NCBI GenBank assembly: GCA_964471155.1
Contig: CAYYFX010000006.1
Coordinates: 3,679-67,678, forward strand
Length of the DNA: 64,000 nt
Direction of reading: 5' to 3'
Source: an uncultured Gemmatimonadota bacterium
Lineage (GTDB): Bacteria > ARS69
Of this stretch, positions 55,628 to 64,000 are shown in pieces. Each line of letters begins with the position of its first letter. The stretch's first letter is position 1. A model generated the notes under the pieces. It made no database searches. It was not told where the DNA came from and saw only the letters and a program-made list of their open reading frames with translations. The position numbers and the translations under genes were made by a program.

Positions 55628-56689
55628 CTACCGCTCCGCGTTGTCGAACAGCGGCGGCTCCGCGATCGCCACCGCGTCGCTCGCCGTCGAGTCCGCCACG
55701 GCCCCCTCCGCCGGCGCCTCGGCGAGCACGCCGCTCGTGGGATCATCCATGTCGCCGCCGAGCCCGCTCACGCGCGCCAGGCTCACCGCCGCCTTCGAGT
55801 CCCCCGGCGCGAGGTCCACGGCCGCCGCGTACGCCTGCTCCGCGCCGCGGTACTGCCCGGTCCGCTCCAGCGCCACGCCGAGGTTGTTGAAGAAGACGGC
55901 CTGCCCCGGCCCCGCCGCACACGCGCGCTCCAGCGGCTCCACGGCCTCCGTGAAACGCTCCCCCTCGATCCGGAGCAGGCCGAGGTTGTTGTTCGCCCAC
56001 GCGTCGTCGGGGTCGATCGCCAGCGCCGCGAGGTACGCGGCCTCGGCCTCGTCCACGCGCCCCAGCGTGTGCAGCACGCGACCCAGCACGCGCTGCGCGT
56101 CCACGCTCTCCGGGGCCCGCGCCACCGCGGTCTCGACCGGCGCGAGCGCGTCGGCGGCGCGATCCATCGACAGCCGCACGCGCGCCAGGGCCACCAGCGC
56201 CTTGACGTGGTTCGGGTCGATCGCCAGGCACTGCTCCAGCGCGGGCTCCGCCTCGGCGAAGTTGCCGTCCTGCCGGAGCGCCAGGCCCGTCATGAACCAG
56301 CCCCACGCGTTCCCCTCGTGCGCGTCCGTGTAGCTCGCGAACAGCGCCGCGGCGAGCGGCCAGTCGCCGGCGTCCCACGCGGCCTGCGCCTCCGACCACG
56401 TGGCCGGCTCGCGCGGCTCGACCGGCGCGGACGTCTCCGCCGCGGGCGCCGGCGCGCCCGCCGTCGTCGGCGACGTCACCGCGGTTGCTGCCGACTCGTC
56501 CGCCACGGGACGCGACGGCGTCGCGCGCCGCGAGTCCATGGCCAGCCTCGAGTCGCGCGGGCTCGGCCCGCTCCGCCCGATCGCCAGCACGCCGATCCCG
56601 ATCACCACCATCAGCCCGATCACCGACAGCACCACGCGCTTCGCGAATCCCGCGTCGCCCTGCCCGCTGCGAATCCGGCTCCCGTTCAT
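55628..56689 (-). CDS. Membrane-anchored TPR repeat protein
   Basis: N-terminal TM VVLSVIGLMVVIGIGVLAI, Ser/Thr/Pro-rich linker, then at least 5 TPRs (GNAWGWFMTGLALRQDGNFAEAEPALEQCLAIDPNH...). Confidence 0.7.
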   Translation of the reverse strand: MNGSRIRSGQGDAGFAKRVVLSVIGLMVVIGIGVLAIGRSGPSPRDSRLAMDSRRATPSRPVADESAATAVTSPTTAGAPAPAAETSAPVEPREPATWSEAQAAWDAGDWPLAAALFASYTDAHEGNAWGWFMTGLALRQDGNFAEAEPALEQCLAIDPNHVKALVALARVRLSMDRAADALAPVETAVARAPESVDAQRVLGRVLHTLGRVDEAEAAYLAALAIDPDDAWANNNLGLLRIEGERFTEAVEPLERACAAGPGQAVFFNNLGVALERTGQYRGAEQAYAAAVDLAPGDSKAAVSLARVSGLGGDMDDPTSGVLAEAPAEGAVADSTASDAVAIAEPPLFDNAER

Positions 56690-56915
56690 GTCCGTTCCTC
56701 CTCGATCCCTGCGTTCGACTCGCGACGCCCCGCGCGTCGCTCGCCGCCCGCATACCGCAAGGAGGGGGCCGAACCGGCGCCGCGCCCGGCCGATCGCGCA
56801 AGTGGTTGCCCCTCCACGGGATCGAGGCGCCGCCCGCCCGGCCCCGGACGGGGCGCGGCGCCGGTTCGTGTCCGCGCGGACACGAGCGTCGTGGCCGGGC
56901 GGCCACGACGGATCG

Positions 56916-58292
56916 TCAGGATCCGGGCTTCTTCAACCCGTGCCGGCGCATGATGCGCGAGAGGCTCGCGTGATCGGAGAGCTGCAGCGCCTCGGCGGTG
57001 CGCGTCACATGCCAGCCGTTGCGCTCCAGCGCGCGCAGCACCAGGCGTCGCTCCGCCTCCGCCTTCAACTCCGCGAGCGACCCCGCGCGTTCGAAGAGGT
57101 CATCCGCGGCCGGCGCGACGGCCGACCCCGCGCCCCCTTCCCCCTGCACGACCTCCACGTCGATCGTCTCCCCCGGCGCGGCCAGCACCAGCCGCTCCAC
57201 GGCGTTGCGCAGCTCGCGCACGTTGTTGCGACTCCACGCACGGCCGGCCAGCGCGTTCGCCGCCGCGTCCGTGATGCCCTTCGGGCGCTGCCCGAAGCGC
57301 TTCGCGGTGAGCCCGAGGAAGTGCCGCACGAGCAGCGGCACGTCGCCCTCGCGCTCGCGCAGCGGCGGCACGCGCAGCACGTGCACGTTCAGCCGGTACA
57401 GCAGGTCCTCGCGGAACCTCCCGGCCGCCGTCTCCGCGTCCAGATCGCGGTTCGTCGCCGCCACCACGCGCGCCGCCGCCGCGATCGGCTTCTCGCCGCC
57501 CACGCGCGTGAGCCTCTCGTCCTCCAGCACGCGCAGCAGCTTCGCCTGCGCCGCCGCCGGCAGCTCCCCGATCTCGTCCAGGAAGATCGTGCCGCGGCCC
57601 GCCAGCTCGAACGCGCCGCGGCGCGCGCGGTCCGCGCCCGTGAACGCGCCGCGCTCGTGCCCGAACAGCTCGGACTCCACCAGGTTCTCGGGGAGCGCCG
57701 CGCAGTTCACCGCCACGAACGGCCCGCGGGGCCGCTTGCCCACGCGGTGGAGCTCGCGCGCCACCAGCTCCTTGCCCGACCCGCTTTCGCCCGTGACGAG
57801 CACCGGGCTGGGAATGGGCGCGAGCTTCGCGATCCCCTCGCGCAGCGCCCGGATCGCGGCGCTCTTCCCCACGAGCGAGGACTCCTCCTCGAACCGCTCC
57901 GAGAGCCGCCGCACCTCGCGCGTGAGCCGGCCGTGGTCCAGCGCGCGCCCGATCTCGTGCACCACCCGCTCGATCGGCTCCGCCTTGTCCAGGAAACCGT
58001 ACGCGCCGAGCTTCACCGCGCGCACGCAGCGGTCGAAGTCCCCCGTGCCCGTGTACACCAGCACGGACACGTCCGCGCCCTGCGCGCGCAGCGTCTCCAG
58101 CAGCGCGAAGCCGTCCTCGCCGGGCAGCTCCAGGTCCAGGAGCACGCAGTCGATCGGCTCGCGCGCGAGCGCTTCGCGCGCCGCCGGCACCGTGGACGCC
58201 TCGCGCGTCTCGTACCCGCCCAGCCGCCGGAGATCGTACGCGTACTGCTCCCGCATCGCGGGCACGTCCTCCACGATCAGCACGACGCTCAC
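56916..58292 (-). CDS. Sigma54-dependent two-component response regulator (NtrC/AtoC family)
   Basis: GTG overlaps the HK stop (GTGA), 6 nt after GGGAGG. Receiver (LLDLELPGEDG), AAA+ ([23 protein letters not shown]), C-terminal HTH. Confidence 0.9.
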   Translation of the reverse strand: MSVVLIVEDVPAMREQYAYDLRRLGGYETREASTVPAAREALAREPIDCVLLDLELPGEDGFALLETLRAQGADVSVLVYTGTGDFDRCVRAVKLGAYGFLDKAEPIERVVHEIGRALDHGRLTREVRRLSERFEEESSLVGKSAAIRALREGIAKLAPIPSPVLVTGESGSGKELVARELHRVGKRPRGPFVAVNCAALPENLVESELFGHERGAFTGADRARRGAFELAGRGTIFLDEIGELPAAAQAKLLRVLEDERLTRVGGEKPIAAAARVVAATNRDLDAETAAGRFREDLLYRLNVHVLRVPPLREREGDVPLLVRHFLGLTAKRFGQRPKGITDAAANALAGRAWSRNNVRELRNAVERLVLAAPGETIDVEVVQGEGGAGSAVAPAADDLFERAGSLAELKAEAERRLVLRALERNGWHVTRTAEALQLSDHASLSRIMRRHGLKKPGS

Positions 58293-59914
58293 GCCGCACC
58301 TCCCGCGGGGAGGGTGACGGTGATCCGCGTCCCCCGTCCATCCCGATCCTCGATCCGCACGGAGCCCTCGGCGTCCGCCACGAGCCGCCGCACGATCGCG
58401 AGCCCGAGCCCGCTGCCGCCGGGCTTCGTGGTCCAGTACGGCTCGAAGGCCCGTTCCCGCACGTCGGCGGGGATGCCGGGGCCGTCGTCCTCGACCACGA
58501 GCCGGACCGAGGGGGGCGGTCCCGCGTCCGCGCGAACGAGCACCGCCACGTGCGCCGCGCCGCTCTCGCACGCGTTCGTCACCAGGTTGTCCACGACCCG
58601 CCGCAGCGCCGTGGCGTCCGCGTGGACGCGCGGCACGTTCGCGCCCGCGTCCACCCGCGCCCGCCCGGCGGCGGCCGCCCGCGCGATCTCCGCCACGTCG
58701 CACGGCGCCTTCTCCCGCCGCGCCGCGAGGCGCCGCCAGTTCGTGGACAGCTCGTCCAGGTACGCCAGTCCGGAGTCCAGCGTGCCGCGCCGCTCCGCGA
58801 ACACGCGCGCCAGCTCTGCCGGCCGGTCCGCCACCTCGCCGAGATGCCTCACCACGTTGCGGATCGGGGGGAACGCGTTCTTCAGGTCGTGGTTCACCTG
58901 GCGCGCGAGGTCGCCGACCGCCGCACGCCGCTCCGCCTCGCGCAGCCGCGACACGCTGGCGCGCAGTCGCTCCGTCATCTCCTGCAGGAACCGCGACAAG
59001 GCGCCGATCTCGTCCTTCCGCCCCGTGGCGAAGTCCACGTCCAGATGGTCCAGGTCCACCGCGCGCGTCTTCTCCGCCAGCCGCTCCACGGGCCGCGCGA
59101 GACGCGCCGCCAGCACCGTGGCCAGCGCGACCGACGCGAGCGCCGCGGCGCCGAACGCCAGCAGCAGGCGCCGGTCGAGCGCGCGCAGGACCTCGCGCCG
59201 TCCGTCCAGCGAGTGCGCGAACGTGATGCGCGCCGTCCCCGCCGCCGCCCCGGGCAGGCGCGCCGGCACCTCCAGCGAACGCTGCAGCGCGGCCGTGCCG
59301 GCGCGCGCGTCGTCGCCGATCGTGAGCGAGGCCGCCACTTCCGGATCGGGAACCAGCTCGGCGAGGCGCTCGGCCGAGAGCTCCACGCCGGCGACCAGCC
59401 GGTACGCTTCGCCCGACAGCGTGAACGCGGCCACGCGCGCGAGGGCCGGGAACTCGCCGTCCGGGCGCCGCAGCGCCACGACGCCCGCGGCATCCCCGCA
59501 CGTCTCCAGGAACGCCGGCGTCTCCGCGTCCACGCGCCCGAAGTCGTTGCGGAACTGCCCGGAACCGAGGATCTCCCCGCGCGCGTCCACGAGCAGCAGC
59601 GCGTCCAGTCCCGTCAGCCCCTGCGCGCGCGGCGCCCAGTCCCGCACGTACGCGGGATCGCTGTCGTCCACGAGCGCGAGGCGCAGCCGGCCGTCCGCCT
59701 TCGCCGCCTCCACGAGGGCGGCGAGGTGCGCATCGAGCTGCCGGCGCCGCGCATCCAGCGTGCGCGCCGCGTTCGCGACGAGCGCGTCCGCGCGCGCGCG
59801 GATCTGGCGGTCGAGGCGCTGCGCCACGTCCTGCCGGATGGCGAGACCGGTCGCGGCGAGCGGCAGCAGCGCCAGCACGGCAGCGCCGGCGAACAGGCGC
59901 GCGCGGATCGTCAC
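58289..59914 (-). CDS. Sensor histidine kinase (periplasmic sensor-TM-HAMP-HisKA-HATPase)
   Basis: GTG overlaps the SBP gene's stop (GTGA). H-box VNHDLKNAF, N-box LVTNACESG, G-boxes DDGPGIP and GGSGLGLAIV. Two TM segments flank a ~250-aa periplasmic domain. The 5' ~1.4 kb of track ORF 58289..61282 is excluded. Confidence 0.85.
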   Translation of the reverse strand: MTIRARLFAGAAVLALLPLAATGLAIRQDVAQRLDRQIRARADALVANAARTLDARRRQLDAHLAALVEAAKADGRLRLALVDDSDPAYVRDWAPRAQGLTGLDALLLVDARGEILGSGQFRNDFGRVDAETPAFLETCGDAAGVVALRRPDGEFPALARVAAFTLSGEAYRLVAGVELSAERLAELVPDPEVAASLTIGDDARAGTAALQRSLEVPARLPGAAAGTARITFAHSLDGRREVLRALDRRLLLAFGAAALASVALATVLAARLARPVERLAEKTRAVDLDHLDVDFATGRKDEIGALSRFLQEMTERLRASVSRLREAERRAAVGDLARQVNHDLKNAFPPIRNVVRHLGEVADRPAELARVFAERRGTLDSGLAYLDELSTNWRRLAARREKAPCDVAEIARAAAAGRARVDAGANVPRVHADATALRRVVDNLVTNACESGAAHVAVLVRADAGPPPSVRLVVEDDGPGIPADVRERAFEPYWTTKPGGSGLGLAIVRRLVADAEGSVRIEDRDGRGTRITVTLPAGGAA

Positions 59915-61266
59915 GGCACGTCGTTCAGGCGGCGCAGCCGATCGAGCCGGAGGATGCCGTCGTAGCCCCACGTGAGGCCGGTCACCTCCGCGCGGGACAC
60001 CACGGTCGCGCGCGTGCACACGAGCGGCTCCGGCAGCGCGGCGCCCCCGGGAGCGAGGGCCTCGATCCGCCGGCGCTGGTGCGCGGCGACCGCCGGTCCG
60101 CGCGCGAGCCCGAGGACCACGGGCGCCTCGCCGAGCGCCGCCGCCTGCGTGACGCCCTCGGCATGCCGCGGCGCCACGACCACCGGTCCGAGGTCCCGCG
60201 CCCAGCGCGAGGCGATGCGCTCCGCCAGGGTCACCGCGTCCGCATCCGGCGCCGGCGCCACGAGCGAGCGCGATGCCGCGATCCTCGTCGCGTCGGGACC
60301 GCGCGCGACCGCCCCGGTCCCGTCCAGGGGATCGAGCAGGATCGAGTCCGCCGGCCGCGCCGTGGAGCGGAGCACCTGTTCCGCGAGCTCGCGGCGCACG
60401 TCGTCCGGCGGGCCGGCGGGCCATGCGGTCGTGGCGGACACGAGGTACGACCGGCTCCACGGGAGCGGCGTGAGACGGACATCGGCCAGCGCGGCGAAGT
60501 GGGCGAGCGCGGCGCGCTGCCGCGTCACGAGGAGGTCCACGTCCGGCAGCATCGCGTCGCGCGGGTCGGCCTTCGGCATGAGCACGAAGCGCACCTCGCC
60601 GGCGGCGTCCTCCACGGACCAGACGGTGCGATCCCGCTCGTACCGGTCCCGGATCGCGCGGCCGCGCGTGCCGCCCGGCCAACCGCGCGGCGCGGAGCGG
60701 TACACGGCGAACTCGTCCGTGGCCAGCAGCCGCGGCAGGTCCGGATCCGCCGCGGCCAGCCGGATCGTCAGGGTGAGGCCCGACGCCGTGACGTCGCGCA
60801 GGAGCACATCCCGCCACAGGGCGAAGCGGGCCGGGTCGCCGCGGGCGATGCGGCGACTCCGGCGCCACGCCTCGAGCACGCCCGACGCGGACACGGGGCC
60901 GCCATCCGTGAAGAGCGCGCCCTCGCGGATCCGGAACGTCCAGGTCAGCCCGCCGTCCTCGCTGCCCCACGACTCCGCAAGCGCGGGCACGGGGTCGCCC
61001 GAGCAGTCGACGTCCGTCAGCCCCTCGTACACGTGGCGGAAGACGAGGGCCTCGGAGTCGTTGATCGGCGACGGCACGTTCTCGGGGCGGATGCTCTCCA
61101 GGAGCGCCACCGTGAGCACCCCGGTCGGGCCGCCGGCGTCCACCGGCACATCCGGACACCACGCGGGCGGCGCCGGCCGGGGCGCCGTGCCGCCGCAGCC
61201 GGCCAGCAGCAGCGCCGCCAGCAGGCGGGGCGGAGGAAGGGCGAGGGAGGCTCGGCGGCGGTTCAC
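59911..61266 (-). CDS. Family-5 solute-binding-protein-like (SBP_bac_5) lipoprotein co-transcribed with the histidine kinase
   Basis: GTG 7 nt after GAGGA. Lipobox LLLAGCGG. ALAESWGSEDGGLTWTFRIREGALFTDGGPVSASGV matches the family-5 signature (LAESWE...DG..WTF.LR.GVKFHDG). Confidence 0.65.
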   Translation of the reverse strand: MNRRRASLALPPPRLLAALLLAGCGGTAPRPAPPAWCPDVPVDAGGPTGVLTVALLESIRPENVPSPINDSEALVFRHVYEGLTDVDCSGDPVPALAESWGSEDGGLTWTFRIREGALFTDGGPVSASGVLEAWRRSRRIARGDPARFALWRDVLLRDVTASGLTLTIRLAAADPDLPRLLATDEFAVYRSAPRGWPGGTRGRAIRDRYERDRTVWSVEDAAGEVRFVLMPKADPRDAMLPDVDLLVTRQRAALAHFAALADVRLTPLPWSRSYLVSATTAWPAGPPDDVRRELAEQVLRSTARPADSILLDPLDGTGAVARGPDATRIAASRSLVAPAPDADAVTLAERIASRWARDLGPVVVAPRHAEGVTQAAALGEAPVVLGLARGPAVAAHQRRRIEALAPGGAALPEPLVCTRATVVSRAEVTGLTWGYDGILRLDRLRRLNDVP

Positions 61267-61339
61267 GCCGCCATCCTCGCACCGGGGCGGCGCTTTGACC
61301 ATGCCCTCCCCCGCAGGGCGGCGACGCGCACCGCCCGGA

Positions 61340-62194
61340 TCAACGCTTCGTGGCCACGACCTCCAGGTACTCGCCGGGCGCCACGAACGTTCCGTCGAGC
61401 GCCACGTTGCGCGCGTCCAGGAGCGCCAGCAGGTCCCGTTCGAGCGCCGCCTGGCCCTCGCGCGGGAGCGCCGCGAACGCGCGCAGCACGGGGCCGTAGT
61501 AGGCGCGGAAGATCTCGAGGAAGTGCACGGGCGAGCGGTACCGGAACGCGAAGTGGTGCCGCGCCACCCGGAGGTCCACCGTCGACCCCGGCAGCAGCTC
61601 CGCGAGCCGCGCCTCCGTCCCCCACTGCGCCGGCGACCTCAGTCCCGCCGGCGGCGGCACGTGCCGGCCCACCACGCGGAACATCTCGCCGATGAACCCC
61701 TCGGGTGTCCAGTTCGCCAGCGCCACGCGGCCGCCGCGCCGGCACACGCGCAGCATCTCCGCGGCCGTGCGCTCCTGGTCCGGCGCGAACATGGCGCCGA
61801 ACACGGAGAGGACGACGTCGAACGACTCGTCGTCGAAGGGCAGGTTCTCGGCGTCGGCCTCGCGGATCCGCAGGTCGAAGCCGTCCGCGGCCGCGCGACG
61901 GCGCGTGCCCGCGAGGAGGGCCGGCACGTAGTCCGACGCGGTCACGTTCGCCCAGCGGCGCGCCGCCGCGAGCGACGCGTTCCCGTTGCCGGCCGCCACG
62001 TCCAGGACGGCCTCGCCGCCGCGCACGTCCGCCGCTTCGCACAGGGTCTCGCCGACGATCTGCAGCGAGCGGCCGATGACGGCGTAGTCGCCGGACGCCC
62101 ACGTCTCGCGCTGCACGCTCTTGATGCGCCACAGGTCCGGGCCGATCGGCTGCGCCGGGACGGCCGGCGCGGCAAGGCGGGATTCGGTGTTCAT
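61340..62194 (-). CDS. Class I SAM-dependent methyltransferase
   Basis: ATG 6 nt after AAGGAG. Motif I VLDVAAGNGNAS and post-I D, motif II FDVVLSVFGAMF. Confidence 0.75.
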   Translation of the reverse strand: MNTESRLAAPAVPAQPIGPDLWRIKSVQRETWASGDYAVIGRSLQIVGETLCEAADVRGGEAVLDVAAGNGNASLAAARRWANVTASDYVPALLAGTRRRAAADGFDLRIREADAENLPFDDESFDVVLSVFGAMFAPDQERTAAEMLRVCRRGGRVALANWTPEGFIGEMFRVVGRHVPPPAGLRSPAQWGTEARLAELLPGSTVDLRVARHHFAFRYRSPVHFLEIFRAYYGPVLRAFAALPREGQAALERDLLALLDARNVALDGTFVAPGEYLEVVATKR

Positions 62195-62378
62195 GGTCGC
62201 TCCTTCGTGGTGAGTGGGCTCGCCGGGGATCGGCCCCTCGCCGTCCCGCGCTGACTGGGGGAATACGCCGGCGGGGGCCCGGCCGAACAGGAGTGGCCGC
62301 GCGTCCGGGAGGAAGCGCACGGGCATGCCGCCGGCGACGTGGCGGAGGCCGCGGCGGGGTGCACACGGCCCGCAGGGT

Positions 62379-62963
62379 TCAGGGCCGGCGTTCCAGGTGC
62401 CGGAGCACCGCTTTCCCGCGCGGAGCCAGCTCGTAGCCGCACGGCAGGCTGGTCGTCAGCCCGAGGTTCTTCAGCTTGCGGACGGCGGGCTTCAGCCACT
62501 CGCGCTCCACCCCGAGGCGTTCGGCCAGCGCCGCCGCCACGAGGCCGGGGTGGCGCTCGATCGCGCGCAGTACCCTGAGCGTCCAGGCGCCGTGGGCGGA
62601 CGCCGCGTCGAGGCGCCGCAGACGGGCGCGAAGCGCCGCCAGGTCGTCCCCGCCCAGGGCGTCTTGGTCACGCAGGGCGATCCGCGGATCGGCACCGCCG
62701 TATCGGACCTCGATGCGGTAGATCTCGCCCTCGTGCCCATCGAGCCGCTCCCGCAGCGCGGACAGGGACTCGAATCCCGCGTCCGTCGCATCGCGCGCGG
62801 TGAGCCGGGCGCGGTCCCGCGTCTCGACCCGTCCGATCGCGAGGACGCCGATCGCCGTCGTAAGCGAACCACCCGCCTTCACGGTGGGTCGTCGCCACCG
62901 CCGGAAGACGACGCGCACCGCGCCGGACCGGATGGCTTCGAGCTCGGCGCGCTTCAGCAGCAT
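62379..62963 (-). CDS. ASCH (PUA-like) domain protein with C-terminal winged-helix
   Basis: MLLKRAELEAIRSGAVRVVFRRW fits the ASCH N-terminus. C-terminal HTH-like LRVLRAIERHPGLVAAALAERLGV. Its stop overlaps the upstream methyltransferase by 10 nt. Confidence 0.55.
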   Translation of the reverse strand: MLLKRAELEAIRSGAVRVVFRRWRRPTVKAGGSLTTAIGVLAIGRVETRDRARLTARDATDAGFESLSALRERLDGHEGEIYRIEVRYGGADPRIALRDQDALGGDDLAALRARLRRLDAASAHGAWTLRVLRAIERHPGLVAAALAERLGVEREWLKPAVRKLKNLGLTTSLPCGYELAPRGKAVLRHLERRP

Positions 62964-63694
62964 GCAGGGACCGGCCGCAGCACGTAGATCGTCCACGGGG
63001 CGACGGTGCGCTCGCTCACCCACTCGCGGCCGTCGTCCGCGGCCGCGAGCGGCCGTTCCATCCGCTCCACATCCACCCCCGCGACCCGGTACACCTCGCG
63101 GTAGGACTCGTCCGTCCAGACGATGTCCTCGACGGGGCGACGGTCCGGCACGTCCAGCATCACGATCCTCACGCGGTCGCCGCTGCGGGCCGCGCGATTC
63201 TCCGGGAAGTCCCGCGTGGAGAACGACGCCCACTCGTTCACGTAGATCTCCGGCGACGAGACGATCGTCACGATGCGCCCGCCCGGCGCCAGCGCGCGCG
63301 CGAGCCCCGCGAACAGCGACGCCTTGCGCTCGAAGCCGGGAATGTTGTCGAAGGTGAACGCGGCGAACACGAGGTCGAAGGCGCCGGCGGGCAGGTCGCC
63401 GGGATCGCCGTCCGGGACGAGCCGGTAGTCCCCCTCCGGATCCCGCGCGCGCGCCTGCGCCAGCATCGCCTCGGCGATGTCGATCCCGGTGACCCCGAAG
63501 CCCAGCGCCCGCAGGAACCGCGTGGAGCGGCCCGTCCCGCAGCCGAAGTCCAGCGCCCGCGTTCCCCGCACGTGCGCCCGCAGGATCGCCGGGACGTCCC
63601 GGAACGCCAGGAGGTACGTGCCCGGGAAGTCCAGCCCCGCATACGCCTCGGCGCGCATCCGGTCGTCGTAGACGTTCCCGAAGGTCCCGCTCAT
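62954..63694 (-). CDS. Class I SAM-dependent methyltransferase
   Basis: ALDFGCGTGRSTRFL (motif I), LVFAAFTFDNIPG (motif II), RIVTIVSSPE. Confidence 0.75.
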   Translation of the reverse strand: MSGTFGNVYDDRMRAEAYAGLDFPGTYLLAFRDVPAILRAHVRGTRALDFGCGTGRSTRFLRALGFGVTGIDIAEAMLAQARARDPEGDYRLVPDGDPGDLPAGAFDLVFAAFTFDNIPGFERKASLFAGLARALAPGGRIVTIVSSPEIYVNEWASFSTRDFPENRAARSGDRVRIVMLDVPDRRPVEDIVWTDESYREVYRVAGVDVERMERPLAAADDGREWVSERTVAPWTIYVLRPVPACC

Positions 63695-63704
63695 CGCGTC
63701 CCCG

Positions 63705-64000
63705 TCACCGCACGTCCGCGCCGCGCTCGGCCAGGAGCTGCCGCAGCACGGATCGGTGGCAGCGGGCCTCGTCCTCGCAGTAGCACCCCACGGAGAAGCT
63801 GGCGCCGTGCGACAGTGCGGCCAGCAGGTCCAGCACGCGGCTGTTCTCCGGGCGCGCCATCTCCGCGCGGTACGTCCTCACGAACGCCGCCCACGCGCGC
63901 GGCGAGTCCGCGGCCAGCGCGCGCTTCACGGTGTCGGCGTCCGGCGCGAGGTTCGGCAGCCACACGTCGTACCAGTTCCCCGACGCGAACTCCGACTTCG
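63705..64000 (-). CDS. DUF488-family protein (partial; 5' end beyond the window)
   Basis: The C-terminal DUF488 signature SVGCYCEDEARCHRSVLRQLL is present. The reading frame stays open upstream to the window edge (…KSEFASGNWYD-VWLPNL…). Confidence 0.55.
   Translation of the reverse strand, partial: KSEFASGNWYDVWLPNLAPDADTVKRALAADSPRAWAAFVRTYRAEMARPENSRVLDLLAALSHGASFSVGCYCEDEARCHRSVLRQLLAERGADVR

Overview
This 64-kb window is about 70% GC and reads as a bacterial chromosomal segment: coding density is high and many genes are joined by ATGA/GTGA start-stop overlaps. I found no rRNA, tRNA, CRISPR array, transposase or integrase. I call about 68 CDS. Because the GC content leaves long Arg/Pro/Gly-rich ORFs open in every frame, I called genes only where the translation looks like a real protein family (conserved motifs, signal peptides, TM segments, RBS-like GGAGG upstream of ATG/GTG/TTG starts).

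Content by region:
- 1-13.9 kb (mostly + strand): DUF3131 lipoprotein (partial), PstS-like binding protein, a secreted TPR protein followed by exbB-exbD-exbD-tonB, an M24 Xaa-Pro aminopeptidase, an aldo/keto reductase, an HDOD signalling protein with an unassigned N-terminal domain, chorismate mutase/DAHP synthase, cmoA, and an ICMT-family methyltransferase.
- 13.9-17.2 kb: a DUF438 hemerythrin/PAS protein, and a padR-DUF4153 pair driven by a near-consensus sigma70 promoter.
- 17.3-24.0 kb (- strand): a 12-gene translationally coupled array (lipoprotein, intradiol-dioxygenase-like, VOC-GNAT fusion, VOC, DMT exporter, small membrane proteins, PLP-dependent decarboxylase, two GNATs). This is my best candidate for an undescribed small-molecule (arylalkylamine-type?) pathway.
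- 24.2-28.7 kb: osmC, then a sigma54 GAF-PAS enhancer-binding protein that sits last in an operon with a TLC-family nucleotide-transporter homolog and a STAS-like protein.
- 28.7-39.2 kb: a metallophosphoesterase; an Omp85-family barrel coupled to a lipoprotein that carries eukaryotic-kinase-like catalytic motifs; a membrane-anchored Ser/Thr kinase coupled to a TLC-HEAT fusion; a TMTC-like TPR membrane protein.
- 39.2-39.5 kb: a decay scar (higA-like remnant, possibly a phosphatase fragment).
- 39.5-51.2 kb (- strand): a secreted beta-helix protein, then a run of stress/detox genes (SRPBCC, GNATs, Mpg, OsmC, GrpB, cupin, VOC, thioredoxin-like, nhaA, beta-carbonic anhydrase, DinB, F420-type reductase, DUF4396).
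- 51.2-53.4 kb (+ strand): an LVIVD beta-propeller protein carrying a T9SS-type C-terminal sorting domain.
- 53.4-64.0 kb (- strand): LysE, CoA-binding protein, ADP-ribosylglycohydrolase, a TPR protein, a sigma54 two-component system with a family-5 SBP lipoprotein, SAM methyltransferases, an ASCH protein, and a partial DUF488.

The taxonomic flavour (T9SS sorting domain, ExbB-D-D-TonB, very high GC) fits a Gemmatimonadota-like or other FCB-group organism. That is an inference, not a demonstration.
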